This document shows, piece by piece, positions 49,684 to 62,046 of a stretch of DNA of 64,000 nt (position 1 is the stretch's first letter; each line of letters starts with the position of its first letter). The notes under the pieces are model-generated. The model did no database searches and was not told the origin of the DNA. It saw only the letters and a list, made by a program, of their open reading frames with translations. This stretch comes from Burkholderiales bacterium (GTDB taxonomy: Bacteria > Pseudomonadota > Gammaproteobacteria > Burkholderiales > SG8-39): the NCBI GenBank assembly GCA_014860395.1, contig JACZJU010000071.1, positions 25,248 through 89,247 on the forward strand, read 5' to 3'. The translations under genes and the position numbers were made by a program.

Positions 49684-49689
49684 GAGTAG

Positions 49690-51042
49690 TTACAGCACGT
49701 ACCGCGCCAGGTCTTCGGATTGCGCCAACTCCTTCAGGCGCATATCGACGTAGGCGGCGTCTATGGTGATTACCTCGGCATCGCGTTTGCCCGCATCAAA
49801 AGAAATTTCCTCCAGCAGCTTTTCCATCACGGTATACAGCCGCCGCGCGCCGATGTTCTCGGTTTTCTCATTGACGGCGTACGCGATCTCCGCCAGGCGT
49901 TTGACGCCATCCGGCGAAAACTGCAGCGTCACGCCCTCGGTTTCGAGCAGCGCCTGATACTGGCGCGTGAGGCAGGCATCGGTCTGGGTAAGGATGTTCT
50001 CGAAATCGGCGGCCGTCAGCGAATCCAGCTCCACCCGTATCGGCAGCCGTCCCTGCAGCTCCGGAATGAGATCCGAAGGCTTGGCCATGTGGAAAGAACC
50101 GCTGGCGATGAACAGGATATGGTCGGTCTTGACCATGCCGTACTTGGTCGTGACCGTGGTGCCCTCGACCAGGGGCAGCAGGTCGCGCTGCACCCCCTGG
50201 CGCGACACATCGGCGCCGGCCATCTCGGAGCGGCTGGCGATCTTGTCGATCTCGTCGAGAAAAACGATGCCGTTCTGTTCGACGTTCGCCAGCGCTACGG
50301 TCTTGAGCTCTTCGTCGTTTATCATCCGCGCCGCCTCTTCCTCGGCGGTCAGCTTCAACGCCTCGCGGATCTTCAGCTTGCGCATCTTCTTGCGGCTGCC
50401 CGACATATTCTGGAACATGCCCTGGATCTGCGAGGTCAATTCTTCCATTCCAGGCGGCGCGAAGATTTCCATTTGCGCCGCAGCGGCGGCCACTTCAATT
50501 TCGATTTCTTTCTCGTCGAGCTCGCCCTCGCGCAGCTTCTTCCTGAATTTCTGCCGCGTCGCCGAAGTTTCAGTGCTGTCGGAGACCGCCGCCGCGGCGC
50601 CGTCCTGGCGTTCGGGCGCGCCGCGCGCCGGCGGCAGCAGCACATCGAGGATGCGCTCCTCGGCCGCATCCTCGGCTCGGGCCTTCACCTTGCGCATGGC
50701 CTGCTCGCGCGTCTGCTTGATGCTGATCTCGACCAGGTCGCGGACAATCGTATCGACGTCGCGCCCGACGTACCCGACTTCGGTGAATTTGGTCGCTTCA
50801 ATCTTAATGAACGGCGCGTCGGCGAGTTTCGCCAGGCGCCGCGAAATCTCTGTCTTGCCCACGCCGGTCGGCCCGATCATGAGTATGTTCTTCGGCGTGA
50901 TTTCGTGACGCAGGGGCTCGTCCACCTGCTGCCGGCGCCAGCGGTTTCTGAGCGCGACCGCGACCGCGCGCTTGGCGCGGTCCTGCCCGATGATGTGCTT
51001 GTCCAGTTCATGGACGATTTCCTGCGGGGTCATTTGCGACAT
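49690..51042 (-). CDS. hslU: ATP-dependent protease ATPase subunit HslU
   Basis: Start set at [20 protein letters not shown] (compare E. coli [20 protein letters not shown]); Walker [10 protein letters not shown]. Confidence 0.95.
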   Translation of the reverse strand: MSQMTPQEIVHELDKHIIGQDRAKRAVAVALRNRWRRQQVDEPLRHEITPKNILMIGPTGVGKTEISRRLAKLADAPFIKIEATKFTEVGYVGRDVDTIVRDLVEISIKQTREQAMRKVKARAEDAAEERILDVLLPPARGAPERQDGAAAAVSDSTETSATRQKFRKKLREGELDEKEIEIEVAAAAAQMEIFAPPGMEELTSQIQGMFQNMSGSRKKMRKLKIREALKLTAEEEAARMINDEELKTVALANVEQNGIVFLDEIDKIASRSEMAGADVSRQGVQRDLLPLVEGTTVTTKYGMVKTDHILFIASGSFHMAKPSDLIPELQGRLPIRVELDSLTAADFENILTQTDACLTRQYQALLETEGVTLQFSPDGVKRLAEIAYAVNEKTENIGARRLYTVMEKLLEEISFDAGKRDAEVITIDAAYVDMRLKELAQSEDLARYVL

Positions 51043-51091
51043 GGCTTGTTGCCGAAAAGGGTTGGACAACGCCAACCCTGATTCAGTTTCC

Positions 51092-51628
51092 TCACTCTAG
51101 GGTTTCGATTACTTGCTGCTGATTGGTATAGATGCAGATGTCGGCAGCGATGCCCAGCGATTTGGCGACGATTTCCTTGGGCCCAAGCGTGGTGTTCTCC
51201 AACAGCGCCCGCGCCGCCGATTGCGCGTAGGGGCCGCCCGAGCCTATGGCGAGCAGACCCAGCTCCGGTTCGAGCACATCGCCCATGCCGGTGATAATGA
51301 GCGAGGTCTCGCGGTCCGCCACGGCCAGCATCGCTTCCAGGCGCCGCAAAATGCGGTCGGTGCGCCAGTCCTTGGCCAGTTCCACCGCCGAGCGCAGCAG
51401 ATTCCCCTGGTGCTTCTCCAGCTTGGCTTCAAAGCGCTCGAACAAGGTGAACGCATCGGCGGTGCCGCCTGCGAATCCGGCCAGGATACGGTCGTGGTAC
51501 AGGCGCCGCACTTTGCGCGCGCCGGATTTGATCACGATATTGCCCAAGGTAACCTGGCCATCCCCACCGAGCGCGACGCTATTGCCGCGCCGCGCGGACA
51601 GGATGGTGGTGCCACGGAATTGTTCCAT
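51092..51628 (-). CDS. hslV: ATP-dependent protease subunit HslV
   Basis: Start set at ATG 51628: [15 protein letters not shown], with N-terminal Thr nucleophile context. Confidence 0.93.
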   Translation of the reverse strand: MEQFRGTTILSARRGNSVALGGDGQVTLGNIVIKSGARKVRRLYHDRILAGFAGGTADAFTLFERFEAKLEKHQGNLLRSAVELAKDWRTDRILRRLEAMLAVADRETSLIITGMGDVLEPELGLLAIGSGGPYAQSAARALLENTTLGPKEIVAKSLGIAADICIYTNQQQVIETLE

Positions 51629-51658
51629 TTTGGGGTCCGCTACGGTCAATTTCTCCAC

Positions 51659-51684
51659 ATTGGGGCGGTTTCGCCGGAATCAAC
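51659..51684 (-). promoter_or_regulatory. Candidate sigma32 (heat-shock) promoter of hslVU
   Basis: Minus strand GTTGATT, 12 nt, CCCCAATGT versus consensus CTTGAAA, 13-15 nt, CCCCATnT. Imperfect match with a short spacer. Confidence 0.35.
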
Positions 51685-51816
51685 CCGATTATTGGTCGAT
51701 TTCCGCGGCGACACCCCGGAGCCGCGTCAAGTCCGAGGCCGGCAAAACCCGCCTCCCGCCTCGTCTGAACCTTCAGCGCCCCTAAGGACCCGTCCAGAAA
51801 ACGGATTAACTGCCTG

Positions 51817-52800
51817 TTAGCCGACCAGGCACTGCTTCAGGCCCTGGATGAATAGATCCTCGGGCAGGTTCCTGCCGATGAACACCATGACGCTGCCGCG
51901 CTTCTCCTGCGGCCCCCAGGGCTTGCCCATATCCCCGCCCATGAGCATGTGCACACCCTGGAACACGACCCGGTTGTCGTTCTCTGCCAGCCAGAGGACG
52001 CCCTTGTAGCGCAGCAGGTCGGGGCCGTAGACCTGGATCATGCCGGAGAGGAACTCCTCCAGCTTCGCTCCGTCGAAAGGCTGGTCCGCGCGGAACACGA
52101 AGGAATACACCTCGTCGTCGTGCTCGTGTTCCTCCTCTTCCAGGAAGCCGGGCTCGATCTCCAGAATCGCATTCAGGTTGAAACCGCGAATGTCGAGTAT
52201 GTCCGCCAGCGGCGTTTCGCCGAAATGCACCGGCTTGATCGGCGCGCGCGGATTGATCTTGACCAGGCGCGCCCTCAGCCGCTCCTGCTCCCCCGCGTCG
52301 ATGAGGTCGGTCTTCGACAGCAAAATGCGGTCGGCGAAGCCCACCTGCTCCTGCGCCTCGCGGAAGTCGTCCAGCTGCCTGTCCGCGTGCTTCGCATCCA
52401 CCAGGGTGACGATGGAATCGAGCAGATAGTAGTTGCCGATGTCCTCGTCCATGAAGAACGTCTGCGCCACCGGGCCGGGGTCGGCCATGCCCGTGGTCTC
52501 GATGATGATGCGCTCGAAATCGAGTTGCTTTGCCTCGCGTTTCGCCTGCAGCTCGCCCAAAATGCGCACCAGGTCGCCGCGCACGGTGCAGCAGATGCAG
52601 CCGTTGTTCATCTCTATGATCTGCTCGCCCACGTCCTGCACCAGCAGCTCGTTATCGATGCCGGCCTCGCCGAATTCGTTCTCGATGACGGCGATGCGGC
52701 TGCCGTGCTGCTCCTTGAGGATGCGGTTCAGCAGCGTCGTCTTGCCGCTGCCCAAAAAACCGGTGAGTATGGTTACCGGCACCATTTCCTGTGGTTTCAT
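51817..52800 (-). CDS. COG0523 / CobW-family GTPase metallochaperone
   Basis: 327 aa; [13 protein letters not shown]-loop; CICCT metal-binding motif; His/Glu-rich stretch EEEHEHDDE. Confidence 0.85.
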   Translation of the reverse strand: MKPQEMVPVTILTGFLGSGKTTLLNRILKEQHGSRIAVIENEFGEAGIDNELLVQDVGEQIIEMNNGCICCTVRGDLVRILGELQAKREAKQLDFERIIIETTGMADPGPVAQTFFMDEDIGNYYLLDSIVTLVDAKHADRQLDDFREAQEQVGFADRILLSKTDLIDAGEQERLRARLVKINPRAPIKPVHFGETPLADILDIRGFNLNAILEIEPGFLEEEEHEHDDEVYSFVFRADQPFDGAKLEEFLSGMIQVYGPDLLRYKGVLWLAENDNRVVFQGVHMLMGGDMGKPWGPQEKRGSVMVFIGRNLPEDLFIQGLKQCLVG

Positions 52801-52878
52801 TTCCGACCTTAGTTGAACGGATAGCGCAATCCGGGCCGCCGATTATCGCCCAGCCGCCCGGCGCCTGGCTACGATCGC

Positions 52879-53793
52879 CTATTTTTTCTTTGCCCGCGGA
52901 TGCGCCGCGTCGTAGGCCTTGGCGAGGTACTGGAAGTCCAGATGGGTGTACACCTGGGTCGTCGAAATGCTCGAATGCCCCAGCATCTCCTGCACCGCGC
53001 GCAGATCGCCCGAGGATTGCAGCACGTGCGTGGCGAACGAATGGCGCAGCACATGCGGGTGCACATGCAACGGCAACCCGGCGCGCCGTGCCCACAGCGC
53101 CAGGCGCGCGCGCACCACGCCGGCGGCGATGCGCTCCCCGCGCGCGCCGACGAACAGCGCCGGCACTTCGACACGGGCAAGCAGCGGGCGCGCCTGCAGC
53201 CAGGCATCGATTGCCGCGCGCGCTTTTGCGCCCACCGGTACGCCGCGCGTCTTGCCGCCCTTGCCGGTCACTGTCAATTCGCTGTCGCGGCGAATCGCGT
53301 CGGCGTGCGCCAGATCGAGGCTGACCAGTTCCGCCAGGCGCAACCCGGAGGAGTACGCGAGCTCGAACATCGCCTTGTCCCGCAGTTCGGCCGGCGTTTC
53401 GGCCGGTGCGTCCAGCAGCTGGCCGGCCGCCTCGGGCGAAAGCGCCTTGGGCAGGCCGCGCGGCGCCTTGGGCGCGCGCAGTCCCAGGCAGGGGTTGGCG
53501 CTGTAGCCGCGGTGGCGCGCGAGCCAGCTGAACAGGCCGCGCCAGGCCGACAGCATATGCGCGATGGTGCGACCAGACAGGCCGCGCGCGTGCAGCTGCG
53601 CCACGCTGCGTCGGATATGCTGCGGCTGCATGCGTTCCAGCACCACGCCGGGATTGAGTTCGAACAGGGTTCCGATGTCCTTGAAATAATTGCGGCGCGT
53701 ACCGGCAGCGAGGTGGCGCTGGTGCGACAAATGCTCGAGGTAGGCCGCCAGCAGCTCGTGGCGGGGATCGGAGCTCGCCCGATCCGCCGACAT
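52879..53793 (-). CDS. xerC: Tyrosine recombinase XerC
   Basis: 304 aa; HVLRHSFATHVL...LGHSSISTTQVYTHL catalytic C-terminus; dapF-DUF484-xerC synteny. Confidence 0.9.
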   Translation of the reverse strand: MSADRASSDPRHELLAAYLEHLSHQRHLAAGTRRNYFKDIGTLFELNPGVVLERMQPQHIRRSVAQLHARGLSGRTIAHMLSAWRGLFSWLARHRGYSANPCLGLRAPKAPRGLPKALSPEAAGQLLDAPAETPAELRDKAMFELAYSSGLRLAELVSLDLAHADAIRRDSELTVTGKGGKTRGVPVGAKARAAIDAWLQARPLLARVEVPALFVGARGERIAAGVVRARLALWARRAGLPLHVHPHVLRHSFATHVLQSSGDLRAVQEMLGHSSISTTQVYTHLDFQYLAKAYDAAHPRAKKK

Positions 53794-53795
53794 CG

Positions 53796-54458
53796 TTACC
53801 AGTGCCGCTCGAGCGCCGCGCTAAGGAGATCGCCCAGGCGCTGGAGGTAGAGCGTTCCCATCTCGGCGTAGAACCGCGTCGGATCTTCGCTCGCCAGCGC
53901 AAGCATGCCGCAGCACTGCCTGCCGGCATCGCGCAGCGGTATGCAGGCAAACGAGCGCAGCTGCGCCCCGGTATCGCCGAACCAGGACAGCACCTCCGGA
54001 TTCGCGTCGGCGCCGCATAACGGATGCTCGAGACCGCCTGCGTACTGGCGCAGTTGCTCGCTCACCGGCGCGAATTCGGGTCCTGCCAGCCCGCCAGGAT
54101 TGGCGTGCCAGATGCGCAGCGCCGTATGCGGAACGGCGAAGTCCTCGCGCAGGTTGTAATACAGCGCCTGCAGCATGGCTTGCGCATCGCCGGCAGGAAG
54201 CAGCGCGAGGCATAGGCGGTGCATTCTCTCGCCGATGGCGTCGTTCTCCTCCCCGAACTGGATCAGTTCCGCGAGTTTTCCCTCCAGCATCCTGCTCTTT
54301 TCGCGCAGGGTGAGGATCTGGCGCTCGGCGATGGGAATCGCGCGCCCGCCGTGCGGATGCGGAATGTAGATCTGCGCCAGCAATTCGGCATAATCCTCGA
54401 AAAATGCGGGATGGTCCTGCAGGTAGCGTACGACGTCTTCAGCTTTCATCGATTTCAA
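53796..54458 (-). CDS. DUF484 family protein
   Basis: 220 aa; [20 protein letters not shown]-terminus and GAF-like C-terminal half; conserved partner of xerC. Confidence 0.75.
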   Translation of the reverse strand: MKSMKAEDVVRYLQDHPAFFEDYAELLAQIYIPHPHGGRAIPIAERQILTLREKSRMLEGKLAELIQFGEENDAIGERMHRLCLALLPAGDAQAMLQALYYNLREDFAVPHTALRIWHANPGGLAGPEFAPVSEQLRQYAGGLEHPLCGADANPEVLSWFGDTGAQLRSFACIPLRDAGRQCCGMLALASEDPTRFYAEMGTLYLQRLGDLLSAALERHW

Positions 54459-55278
54459 TTTCCCCTTCGAATACGGTAACCGCAGGACCGGTCATCCATA
54501 CCGGATTGTCCGCGCCTTCCCAGCGTATCGTCAAATCGCCGCCGCGCGTCGCCACGCGCACGCGCGCATCGAGCAGGCCGCGGCGTATGCCCACCACCAC
54601 TGCCGCGCAGGCGCCCGTCCCGCAAGCCAGTGTCTCGCCCGCGCCGCGCTCGTACACCCGCAAGCGGATGCGGCCGCGATCCAACACCTGCATGTAACCC
54701 ACGTTCACGCGCTGCGGAAAGCGCGCGTGGCGCTCGATCAGCGCGCCCTGCGTGGCCACCGGCGCGGCGTCAACGTCCGCCACCACCTGCACTGCATGCG
54801 GATTGCCCATGGACACGGCGCTGATTTCGATCGTTTCGCCCTCCACCTCCAGTGACTGCACCAAGGCGTCGCTGTGGGTGTCGAAGGGTATGCGTTTGGC
54901 CTCGAATACCGGCGCGCCCATGTTGACCGTGACTTCGCCGTCGGCCTCGAATCGCAGCGTGATGACGCCGGCAGCGGTCTCCACGCGGATTTCATTTTTC
55001 GCCGTGAGCCCGCGCTCGCGCACGAAGCGCACGAAGCAGCGGGCGCCATTGCCGCACTGCTCCACTTCCCCGCCGTCAGCATTGAAAATGCGGTAGCGGA
55101 AATCCGTACCGGCCGCGCGCGGCGGCTCCACCAGCAGGATTTGGTCGCAGCCCACGCCGAAATGCCGGTCGGCCAGGCGGCGCAACTGCGTCGGCGTGAG
55201 GGCGATGGTCCGGCTGACGCCGTCCAGCACGACAAAATCGTTGCCCGCCCCCTGCATCTTGGTGAATGCGAGCTTCAC
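54439..55278 (-). CDS. dapF: Diaminopimelate epimerase
   Basis: 279 aa; [13 protein letters not shown]; catalytic Cys contexts GNGARCF and ACGTGA. Confidence 0.95.
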   Translation of the reverse strand: MKLAFTKMQGAGNDFVVLDGVSRTIALTPTQLRRLADRHFGVGCDQILLVEPPRAAGTDFRYRIFNADGGEVEQCGNGARCFVRFVRERGLTAKNEIRVETAAGVITLRFEADGEVTVNMGAPVFEAKRIPFDTHSDALVQSLEVEGETIEISAVSMGNPHAVQVVADVDAAPVATQGALIERHARFPQRVNVGYMQVLDRGRIRLRVYERGAGETLACGTGACAAVVVGIRRGLLDARVRVATRGGDLTIRWEGADNPVWMTGPAVTVFEGEIEIDES

Positions 55279-55781
55279 AGTTTCTTTTCCATGACGTAAT
55301 CGTCCATGACATAGCCCGCGCCGATGTCGGCGACCACCTCCTCGATCACCTCGTAGCCATGCTTGCGGTAAGCGGCGATGGACTTGAGGTTATGCTTGTT
55401 GACGTTGAGCCTGACCGCGCCTGCGCCGCGCCTGCGCGCCTGATCCTCGATGTGCGCGAGCATACGCCCACCGTAGCCCAGGCGCTGAACATCCGGGTGC
55501 AGATAGAGCTTGTCGAGTTTCATCGCGTTGCCGTGCAACTCGTACTGCGCAAAGCCGAGCAGGCGGGCACCGACGAATGCCAGGTCCCACCAGGCGCTGC
55601 CGCTGTGCAGTTGCGCGCGGATGACCGCGGGCGTATAGCGCTGACCCAGCATGTAGTCGATCTGCTCCATGCTGATGATGCCCGGATAGTGGCTGCGCCA
55701 GATGACGCCGGCAAGCTCGATCACCGCGGCGATGTCGCCTTCGGCGAGCGGCACGATGCGCAATTCGTCGGTGTCAGTCAA
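55275..55781 (-). CDS. GNAT family N-acetyltransferase
   Basis: 168 aa; acetyl-CoA binding region [18 protein letters not shown]. Confidence 0.8.
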   Translation of the reverse strand: MTDTDELRIVPLAEGDIAAVIELAGVIWRSHYPGIISMEQIDYMLGQRYTPAVIRAQLHSGSAWWDLAFVGARLLGFAQYELHGNAMKLDKLYLHPDVQRLGYGGRMLAHIEDQARRRGAGAVRLNVNKHNLKSIAAYRKHGYEVIEEVVADIGAGYVMDDYVMEKKL

Positions 55782-56193
55782 GGCACAGGCTCGCGTAGTC
55801 GCGCATGATGCAGCGTCCCATGACCACGTTCATGCCCGCGGCGCGCGCGCGTTCGGCCGATTCCTCGTGCTCGGCGCCTTCCTGCATCCAGATATTCTTG
55901 ATCCCCAGGCGCAGGCACTGATCCAGCACCTCCGGCACGTATTTGCCCGAGCGGAACACATTAGCGAGGTCGACGGGATCGGGCACCGAAGCCAGATCAG
56001 GGTAGGCCTTCTCGCCCAACCCCTCGCTGATACCCGGCCGCACCGGGATGATGCGAAAACCGAACTGCTGCATCCGGCGTGCGATAGTGTGGCTGGCGCG
56101 TCCTGGCTTGGGCGAGTAGCCCACCACCGCAATGGTCTTCACGCTTTTCAGCAGCGCGCAAATCTTATCTGGTTCGGGATTGGCGAATGGCAT
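55774..56193 (-). CDS. CoA-binding domain protein (YccU-like)
   Basis: 139 aa; KTIAVVGYSPKPGRASHTI Rossmann-like CoA-binding motif. Confidence 0.8.
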   Translation of the reverse strand: MPFANPEPDKICALLKSVKTIAVVGYSPKPGRASHTIARRMQQFGFRIIPVRPGISEGLGEKAYPDLASVPDPVDLANVFRSGKYVPEVLDQCLRLGIKNIWMQEGAEHEESAERARAAGMNVVMGRCIMRDYASLCLD

Positions 56194-56299
56194 GAGTAAT
56201 TTTAACCGGGAAGTCAGTGAACGGCTTGGGCATTGCCAGTCAAGATGCGCGCCCGATGTTGCGATAAAAGCAAACTCAGGCCGCCCTTGTTTTTATCAT

Positions 56300-56369
56300 A
56301 ACCGTGGTTTTGCTACGGATGTGCTTTTCATCCGTAGCAAAACCACGGTTGGCGCGCGCAGCGCGCAAT
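56300..56369 (+). repeat. 70-nt hairpin-plus-tail element, copy 2
   Basis: Perfect 22-bp stem AACCGTGGTTTTGCTACGGATG-TGCTTTT-CATCCGTAGCAAAACCACGGTT, then GGCGCGCGCAGCGCGCAAT (identical to 46178-46196). Confidence 0.85.
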
Positions 56370-56417
56370 TCCGCTTGTCGCATGTGACGGCGGTTGAGGC
56401 GGGGTAAATGACCTCGC

Positions 56418-57287
56418 TCAATACCAGGATGCCTCCCCCGGCGGGCGGGTCTTGAAGCGCTTGTGTACCCATAGATACTGCTCCGGCATCTGCCGCACCT
56501 GCTCCTCGATGAAGGCGTTCATGCGCCGCGTGTCGGCTTCGATGCTCGCGCCAGGATAGTCTTCCCACGCGGGAAGGAAGCGCACCACGTAGCCTTCGCC
56601 GCGGGGAAGCATGCGTGTAATGCACGGCAGCACGCGCGCGCCGGCGAGCCGTGCCAGGCGCGACACGCCGGTGATGGTGGCCGCCTCGTTGCCGAAAAAA
56701 GGCACAAAAATGGTATCGCGCTGACCGTAATCCATGTCCGGTAGATAGTAGAACGGCCGTCCCGCCTGCATCGCGCGCAGCGCCGGGCGCACGCCATGCT
56801 GGCGCGAAAGCAACGTCACCCGGCCGAAGCGCATGCGCCCGGCGTACAGCACCGCGTCGAATACCTCGTTCTTCTGCCTGGCGTAGATCGAGACGATATC
56901 GAACTCCTGCATCACGCGCGCCGCCCCCATGTCCAGGCCAACGAAATGCGGTGCGAGCAGGATCAGCGGTCCGCCGCGCACCGCTTCGAAATGCTCCATG
57001 CCCTCGATGCGCACTAGGCGCCGGATGCGCGCGGCCGATCCCCACCAGAGGATGGCGCGCTCGAGGAAAGTGCGGGCGAAGGCCTGGAAATGGCGTCGCG
57101 CAAGCGCGTGGCGCTCGCGCACTCCGAGCTCGGGCAGGCAGCGCGCCAGGTTGACGAGGCACACATTTCGGCGCTCGCGCCCTAGCGCATACAACAACAG
57201 GCCGAAGCCGTTGCCAATTGCAGCGAGCAGCCGCAGCGGCAGCAGCCGCAACAACCAGAGGAGCACCAGGGCCGCGCGCGTCAGCAT
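56418..57287 (-). CDS. Lipid A biosynthesis late acyltransferase (LpxL/HtrB family)
   Basis: Start set at the internal ATG at 57287 (MLTRAALVLLWLL...). LPLAT/HtrB-family architecture. Second of two tandem paralogs. Confidence 0.8.
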   Translation of the reverse strand: MLTRAALVLLWLLRLLPLRLLAAIGNGFGLLLYALGRERRNVCLVNLARCLPELGVRERHALARRHFQAFARTFLERAILWWGSAARIRRLVRIEGMEHFEAVRGGPLILLAPHFVGLDMGAARVMQEFDIVSIYARQKNEVFDAVLYAGRMRFGRVTLLSRQHGVRPALRAMQAGRPFYYLPDMDYGQRDTIFVPFFGNEAATITGVSRLARLAGARVLPCITRMLPRGEGYVVRFLPAWEDYPGASIEADTRRMNAFIEEQVRQMPEQYLWVHKRFKTRPPGEASWY

Positions 57288-57297
57288 GGCGGCGGTT

Positions 57298-58149
57298 TCA
57301 TGCCTGGGCCTTGGCCCCGGCCGGCACTTTGTAGCGGTTGTATCCCCAACCATACTGCGCCGGACACAGTCGAATCATCCCCTCCAGCGCACGATTCAAG
57401 GTCCGTGACGGGGTTTCGCCTGCAAGCGGCGCGGGCATGGGCGCAAGATGCAGGTGAAAACCGCGTCCGCGGGGCAGGCGCTCGGCGTAGGCGAGGATGG
57501 TCTGCGCGCCCGCCGCCTCGGCCAGTCGCCCGGCCAGGGTCATGGTGTAGGCGGGACGGCCGAAAAACTCCGCCCACTCGCCCTCGCCCACGCCCGGCGC
57601 CTGGTCGGGCAGAATGCCGACCGCTTCGCCCCGCTTAAGTGCGCGCAACAACACACGCACTCCCCTCACATCGGCGCTGGCCAGGCGCAGATTGGGGCGG
57701 TCGCGCCCGGCCTGCATCAGTGCTTGCACGGCCTTTTTCTTCGGCGGCCGGTAAAGCGCGGTGAGCGGGGACGAGGCTGGTGCGCGATGCGCATAGTATT
57801 GCGCGGTAATTTCGAAGCAGCCCAGGTGCGGCGTGAGAAATATGACGCCGTGCCGGCGCGCCAGCGCGGCCTCGACCAGATGCCAGCCGCTGACCTGTAC
57901 TATCCAGCCGGCGACGGTTTCATGCGGCCGCAACCAGATCGCCGGTAACTCCAGCAAGCCCTTGCCGGCCTCGGCAATCGCCCGGCGCAGCAGCGCGGGC
58001 TCGGCAAAACCGGCCGCGCGCAGATTGGTCGACAGACAACGACGATAGTGCGGCGAGGCCAGATACACAACCCATCCGCATAGCGCCCCCAAACGATGCA
58101 AAACGGACAGCGGCAGGACAGCGAGCAGACGTGCCAGAGTTAGAATCAC
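57298..58149 (-). CDS. Lipid A biosynthesis late acyltransferase (LpxL/LpxM family)
   Basis: 283 aa; N-terminal TM helix; HLGCFE (HxxxxE-type acyltransferase motif). Confidence 0.8.
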   Translation of the reverse strand: MILTLARLLAVLPLSVLHRLGALCGWVVYLASPHYRRCLSTNLRAAGFAEPALLRRAIAEAGKGLLELPAIWLRPHETVAGWIVQVSGWHLVEAALARRHGVIFLTPHLGCFEITAQYYAHRAPASSPLTALYRPPKKKAVQALMQAGRDRPNLRLASADVRGVRVLLRALKRGEAVGILPDQAPGVGEGEWAEFFGRPAYTMTLAGRLAEAAGAQTILAYAERLPRGRGFHLHLAPMPAPLAGETPSRTLNRALEGMIRLCPAQYGWGYNRYKVPAGAKAQA

Positions 58150-58222
58150 ACCGCGTCACTTTGGCGTTGCATCAAGATGTGTTACCCTTGCAGTCCTTTT
58201 TTTAGCCCACCAGAACCCAACA

Positions 58223-59401
<1,179 letters not shown>

Positions 59402-59427
59402 GGATTCGTTCGCCAATTTCTATACCA

Positions 59428-59457
59428 GCGGGCGGCTTCGGGCCGCCCGTTCTATTT
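59428..59457 (+). terminator. Rho-independent terminator of metK
   Basis: GCGGGCGGC-TTCGG-GCCGCCCGT followed by TCTATTT. Confidence 0.7.
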
Positions 59458-59514
59458 GGCGCGTGGCCGTGGCACTGGCGCCGGGGGTGGTAAATGAGGT
59501 AAAATGCGCCTCCC

Positions 59515-59586
59515 TTGAGGAGCGTTGCGACGGGTTTCCCCACCCGCCAGGCTCGAGGTGTACACAACTGCAACGGCGCTCGCGAA
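59515..59586 (+). promoter_or_regulatory. SAH riboswitch (S-adenosylhomocysteine-responsive leader of ahcY)
   Basis: TTGAGGAGCGTTGCGAC...CCAGGCTCGAGG...CAACGGCGCTCGCG matches the conserved SAH-element blocks AGGAGCGCUGCGAC / CAGGCUCGG / AACGGCGCUCA (from memory). Sits in the usual place upstream of ahcY-metF. Confidence 0.85.
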
Positions 59587-59614
59587 CCTTTAAATTGAAC
59601 GAAAGGAGCGCGTG

Positions 59615-61045
59615 ATGAGCGCCGTACCGAAAAGCAAAAGCTTCACCGACTGCAAAGTCGCCGACCTGTCGCTGGCCGACTGGGGCCGCAAGGAAATCCG
59701 CATCGCCGAGACCGAAATGCCGGGTCTGATGGCGATACGCGAGGAATACGCTGCGAAACAACCGCTTAAGGGCGCGCGCATCACCGGGTCGCTGCACATG
59801 ACCATCCAGACCGCGGTGCTGATCGAAACCCTGCAGGCGCTGGGCGCGCAAGTGCGCTGGGCTTCGTGCAACATCTACTCCACCCAGGATCATGCCGCCG
59901 CGGCGATCGCCGCCGGCGGCACGCCGGTATTCGCCCACAAGGGCGAATCGCTGACGGAATACTGGGATTACACCCACCGCATATTCGAATGGCCCAACGG
60001 CGAGTTGTCGAACATGATCCTCGACGACGGCGGCGATGCCACCCTGCTCCTGCATCTGGGCGCGCGCGCCGAAAAAGATGCATCGGTCATTGCCAAGCCG
60101 ACCAGCGAAGAAGAAACCTGCCTGTACGCGGCGATCAAGAAACAGCTCGCTGCCCAGCCCGGCTGGTACTCCAAGCGTCTCGCCGCGGTAAAGGGCGTGA
60201 CCGAGGAAACCACCACCGGCGTGCACCGCCTGTATCAGATGCATAAGGAGGGCAAGCTCGCGTTCCCGGCGATCAACGTCAACGATTCGGTCACTAAATC
60301 GAAATTCGACAATCTGTACGGCTGCCGCGAATCGCTGGTAGACGGCATCAAGCGCGCCACGGATGTGATGATCGCCGGCAAAGTCGCTGTCGTGGCGGGC
60401 TATGGCGACGTGGGCAAGGGCTGCGCGCAGGCCTTGCGCGCGCTCTCGGCGCAGGTCTGGGTCACCGAGATCGATCCGATCAACGCGCTGCAGGCGGCAA
60501 TGGAAGGCTATCGCGTGGTCACCATGGAATACGCCGCCGACAAGGCCGACATTTTCGTCACCGCCACCGGCAACTACCATGTGATCACCCACGATCACAT
60601 GAAAAACATGAAAGATCAGTCCATCGTCTGCAACATCGGCCACTTCGACAACGAAATCGACGTCGCCTCGGTGGAAAAATACAAGTGGGAGGAAATCAAG
60701 CCGCAGGTGGACCACATCATTTTTCCGGACGGCAAGCGCATCATCATTCTGGCGAAAGGGCGGCTGGTGAACCTGGGCTGCGCCACCGGGCATCCCTCCT
60801 ACGTCATGTCGTCGTCGTTTGCCAACCAGACCCTGGCGCAAATCGAGCTCTGGACCGAGGCACAGAAAGGTTCTAACAAGTATCCGATCGGCGTGTACGT
60901 GCTGCCCAAGATCCTGGACGAGAAAGTGGCGCGCTTGCAGTTTGGAAAGCTCAACGCCATGCTGTCCGAGCTTACCGACGCGCAGGCCGCCTACATAGGC
61001 GTGCCGAAGCAGGGGCCGTACAAGCCGGACTCGTACCGCTACTGA
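59615..61045 (+). CDS. ahcY: Adenosylhomocysteinase
   Basis: 476 aa from ATG 59615; NAD site AGYGDVGKG; family motifs throughout. Confidence 0.97.
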   Translation: MSAVPKSKSFTDCKVADLSLADWGRKEIRIAETEMPGLMAIREEYAAKQPLKGARITGSLHMTIQTAVLIETLQALGAQVRWASCNIYSTQDHAAAAIAAGGTPVFAHKGESLTEYWDYTHRIFEWPNGELSNMILDDGGDATLLLHLGARAEKDASVIAKPTSEEETCLYAAIKKQLAAQPGWYSKRLAAVKGVTEETTTGVHRLYQMHKEGKLAFPAINVNDSVTKSKFDNLYGCRESLVDGIKRATDVMIAGKVAVVAGYGDVGKGCAQALRALSAQVWVTEIDPINALQAAMEGYRVVTMEYAADKADIFVTATGNYHVITHDHMKNMKDQSIVCNIGHFDNEIDVASVEKYKWEEIKPQVDHIIFPDGKRIIILAKGRLVNLGCATGHPSYVMSSSFANQTLAQIELWTEAQKGSNKYPIGVYVLPKILDEKVARLQFGKLNAMLSELTDAQAAYIGVPKQGPYKPDSYRY

Positions 61046-61103
61046 GCAAAGGCGCGGGCGCTTAAGGGGCGATGCGCCCCTTTGCGCCGGCCCGCTTCCC
61101 GAT

Positions 61104-61943
61104 ATGGAATCGCAGAAGAAATACCCCCCGACGTTCAGCTTCGAGTTCTTCCCGCCGAAAACGCCGGAGGGCATGGAGAAGCTGCGCGCCACCTGGCGCC
61201 AGCTGATACAGCTCAAACCCAGGTTCTTCTCAGTCACTTACGGCGCCGGCGGCTCCACGCGCGATCGCACGCTGGAGGCGGTGCTCGAAATTCAAAAGGA
61301 CGGCGGCAATGCCGCGCCGCACTTGTCCTGCGTCGGCTCCTCCCGCGCCGACCTGGCCGCGACGCTGGAGTTGTATCGCTCGCATGGCCTGCGCCATGTC
61401 GTCGCGCTGCGCGGCGACCTGCCTTCGGGCGCGGCCGGCGCGGGCGAACTGCGCTACGCCAACGAGCTGGTCCAGTTCATACGCGAGACCACCGGCGATC
61501 ATTTCCACATCGAGGTCGCCTGCTACCCGGAGATCCACCCGCAGGCGCGCACGGCCCAGGACGACCTGAAAGCGTTCAAGCGCAAGGTCGACGCCGGCGC
61601 GAACGCGGCCATCACCCAGTATTTCTTCAACGCCGACGCCTACCTCCGTTTCATCGACGACTGCGAAGCGCTGGGTATCGATCTGCCCATCGTGCCCGGC
61701 ATCATGCCGATCGCCAACTTCTCCCAGCTAGCGCGTTTTTCGGACGCCTGCGGCGCGGAGATTCCGCGCTGGCTGCGGCTGCAAAGCTATGGCGACGACC
61801 TCGCCTCGATCCGCAGCTTCGGCCTGGATGTGATTACCGAGCTGTGCGACCGGCTGCTGTCTGAGGGCGCACCCGGCCTGCATTTCTACACCATGAACCA
61901 GGCTGGGCTGGTTTCCACGATATGGCAACGGCTCGGGCTATGA
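61104..61943 (+). CDS. metF: Methylenetetrahydrofolate reductase
   Basis: 279 aa; FSFEFFPPKT N-terminal motif. Confidence 0.93.
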   Translation: MESQKKYPPTFSFEFFPPKTPEGMEKLRATWRQLIQLKPRFFSVTYGAGGSTRDRTLEAVLEIQKDGGNAAPHLSCVGSSRADLAATLELYRSHGLRHVVALRGDLPSGAAGAGELRYANELVQFIRETTGDHFHIEVACYPEIHPQARTAQDDLKAFKRKVDAGANAAITQYFFNADAYLRFIDDCEALGIDLPIVPGIMPIANFSQLARFSDACGAEIPRWLRLQSYGDDLASIRSFGLDVITELCDRLLSEGAPGLHFYTMNQAGLVSTIWQRLGL

Positions 61944-62036
61944 GCCCAAACGGATGCCATCGTGAATTCGGTGCAACGGTTCGGGCTATGAGCCCGAACG
62001 GATGCCATCGTGAACTCGGCGCAACGGCTCGACCTG
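61926..62036. repeat. 48-bp tandem repeat (2.2-2.3 units) spanning the metF stop codon
   Basis: Units 61926-61973 and 61974-62021 differ at 4 of 48 positions. The third unit keeps only its first 10 nt. Confidence 0.9.
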
Positions 62037-62046
62037 TAGGGCGCGC

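Noticed and set aside
52801-52878. Zur box upstream of the COG0523 GTPase gene
   Set aside because: No AT-rich palindrome of the GTTATA-N-TATAAC type is present in the 78-nt spacer.
52652-53950. 432-aa ORF on the minus strand overlapping xerC in another frame
   Set aside because: Arg/Ala/Gly/Pro-rich low-complexity translation. The xerC frame carries the full tyrosine recombinase motifs.
58150-58222. SAM riboswitch upstream of metK
   Set aside because: The 72-nt leader shows none of the conserved SAM-I, SAM-II or SAM-V blocks I can recall. A proper Rfam scan would be needed to exclude it.
59420-61237. 605-aa ORF on the minus strand
   Set aside because: It is antisense to the unmistakable ahcY gene. 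The product is Arg/Gly/Ala-rich with no motifs, which is the usual long shadow ORF of GC-rich DNA.
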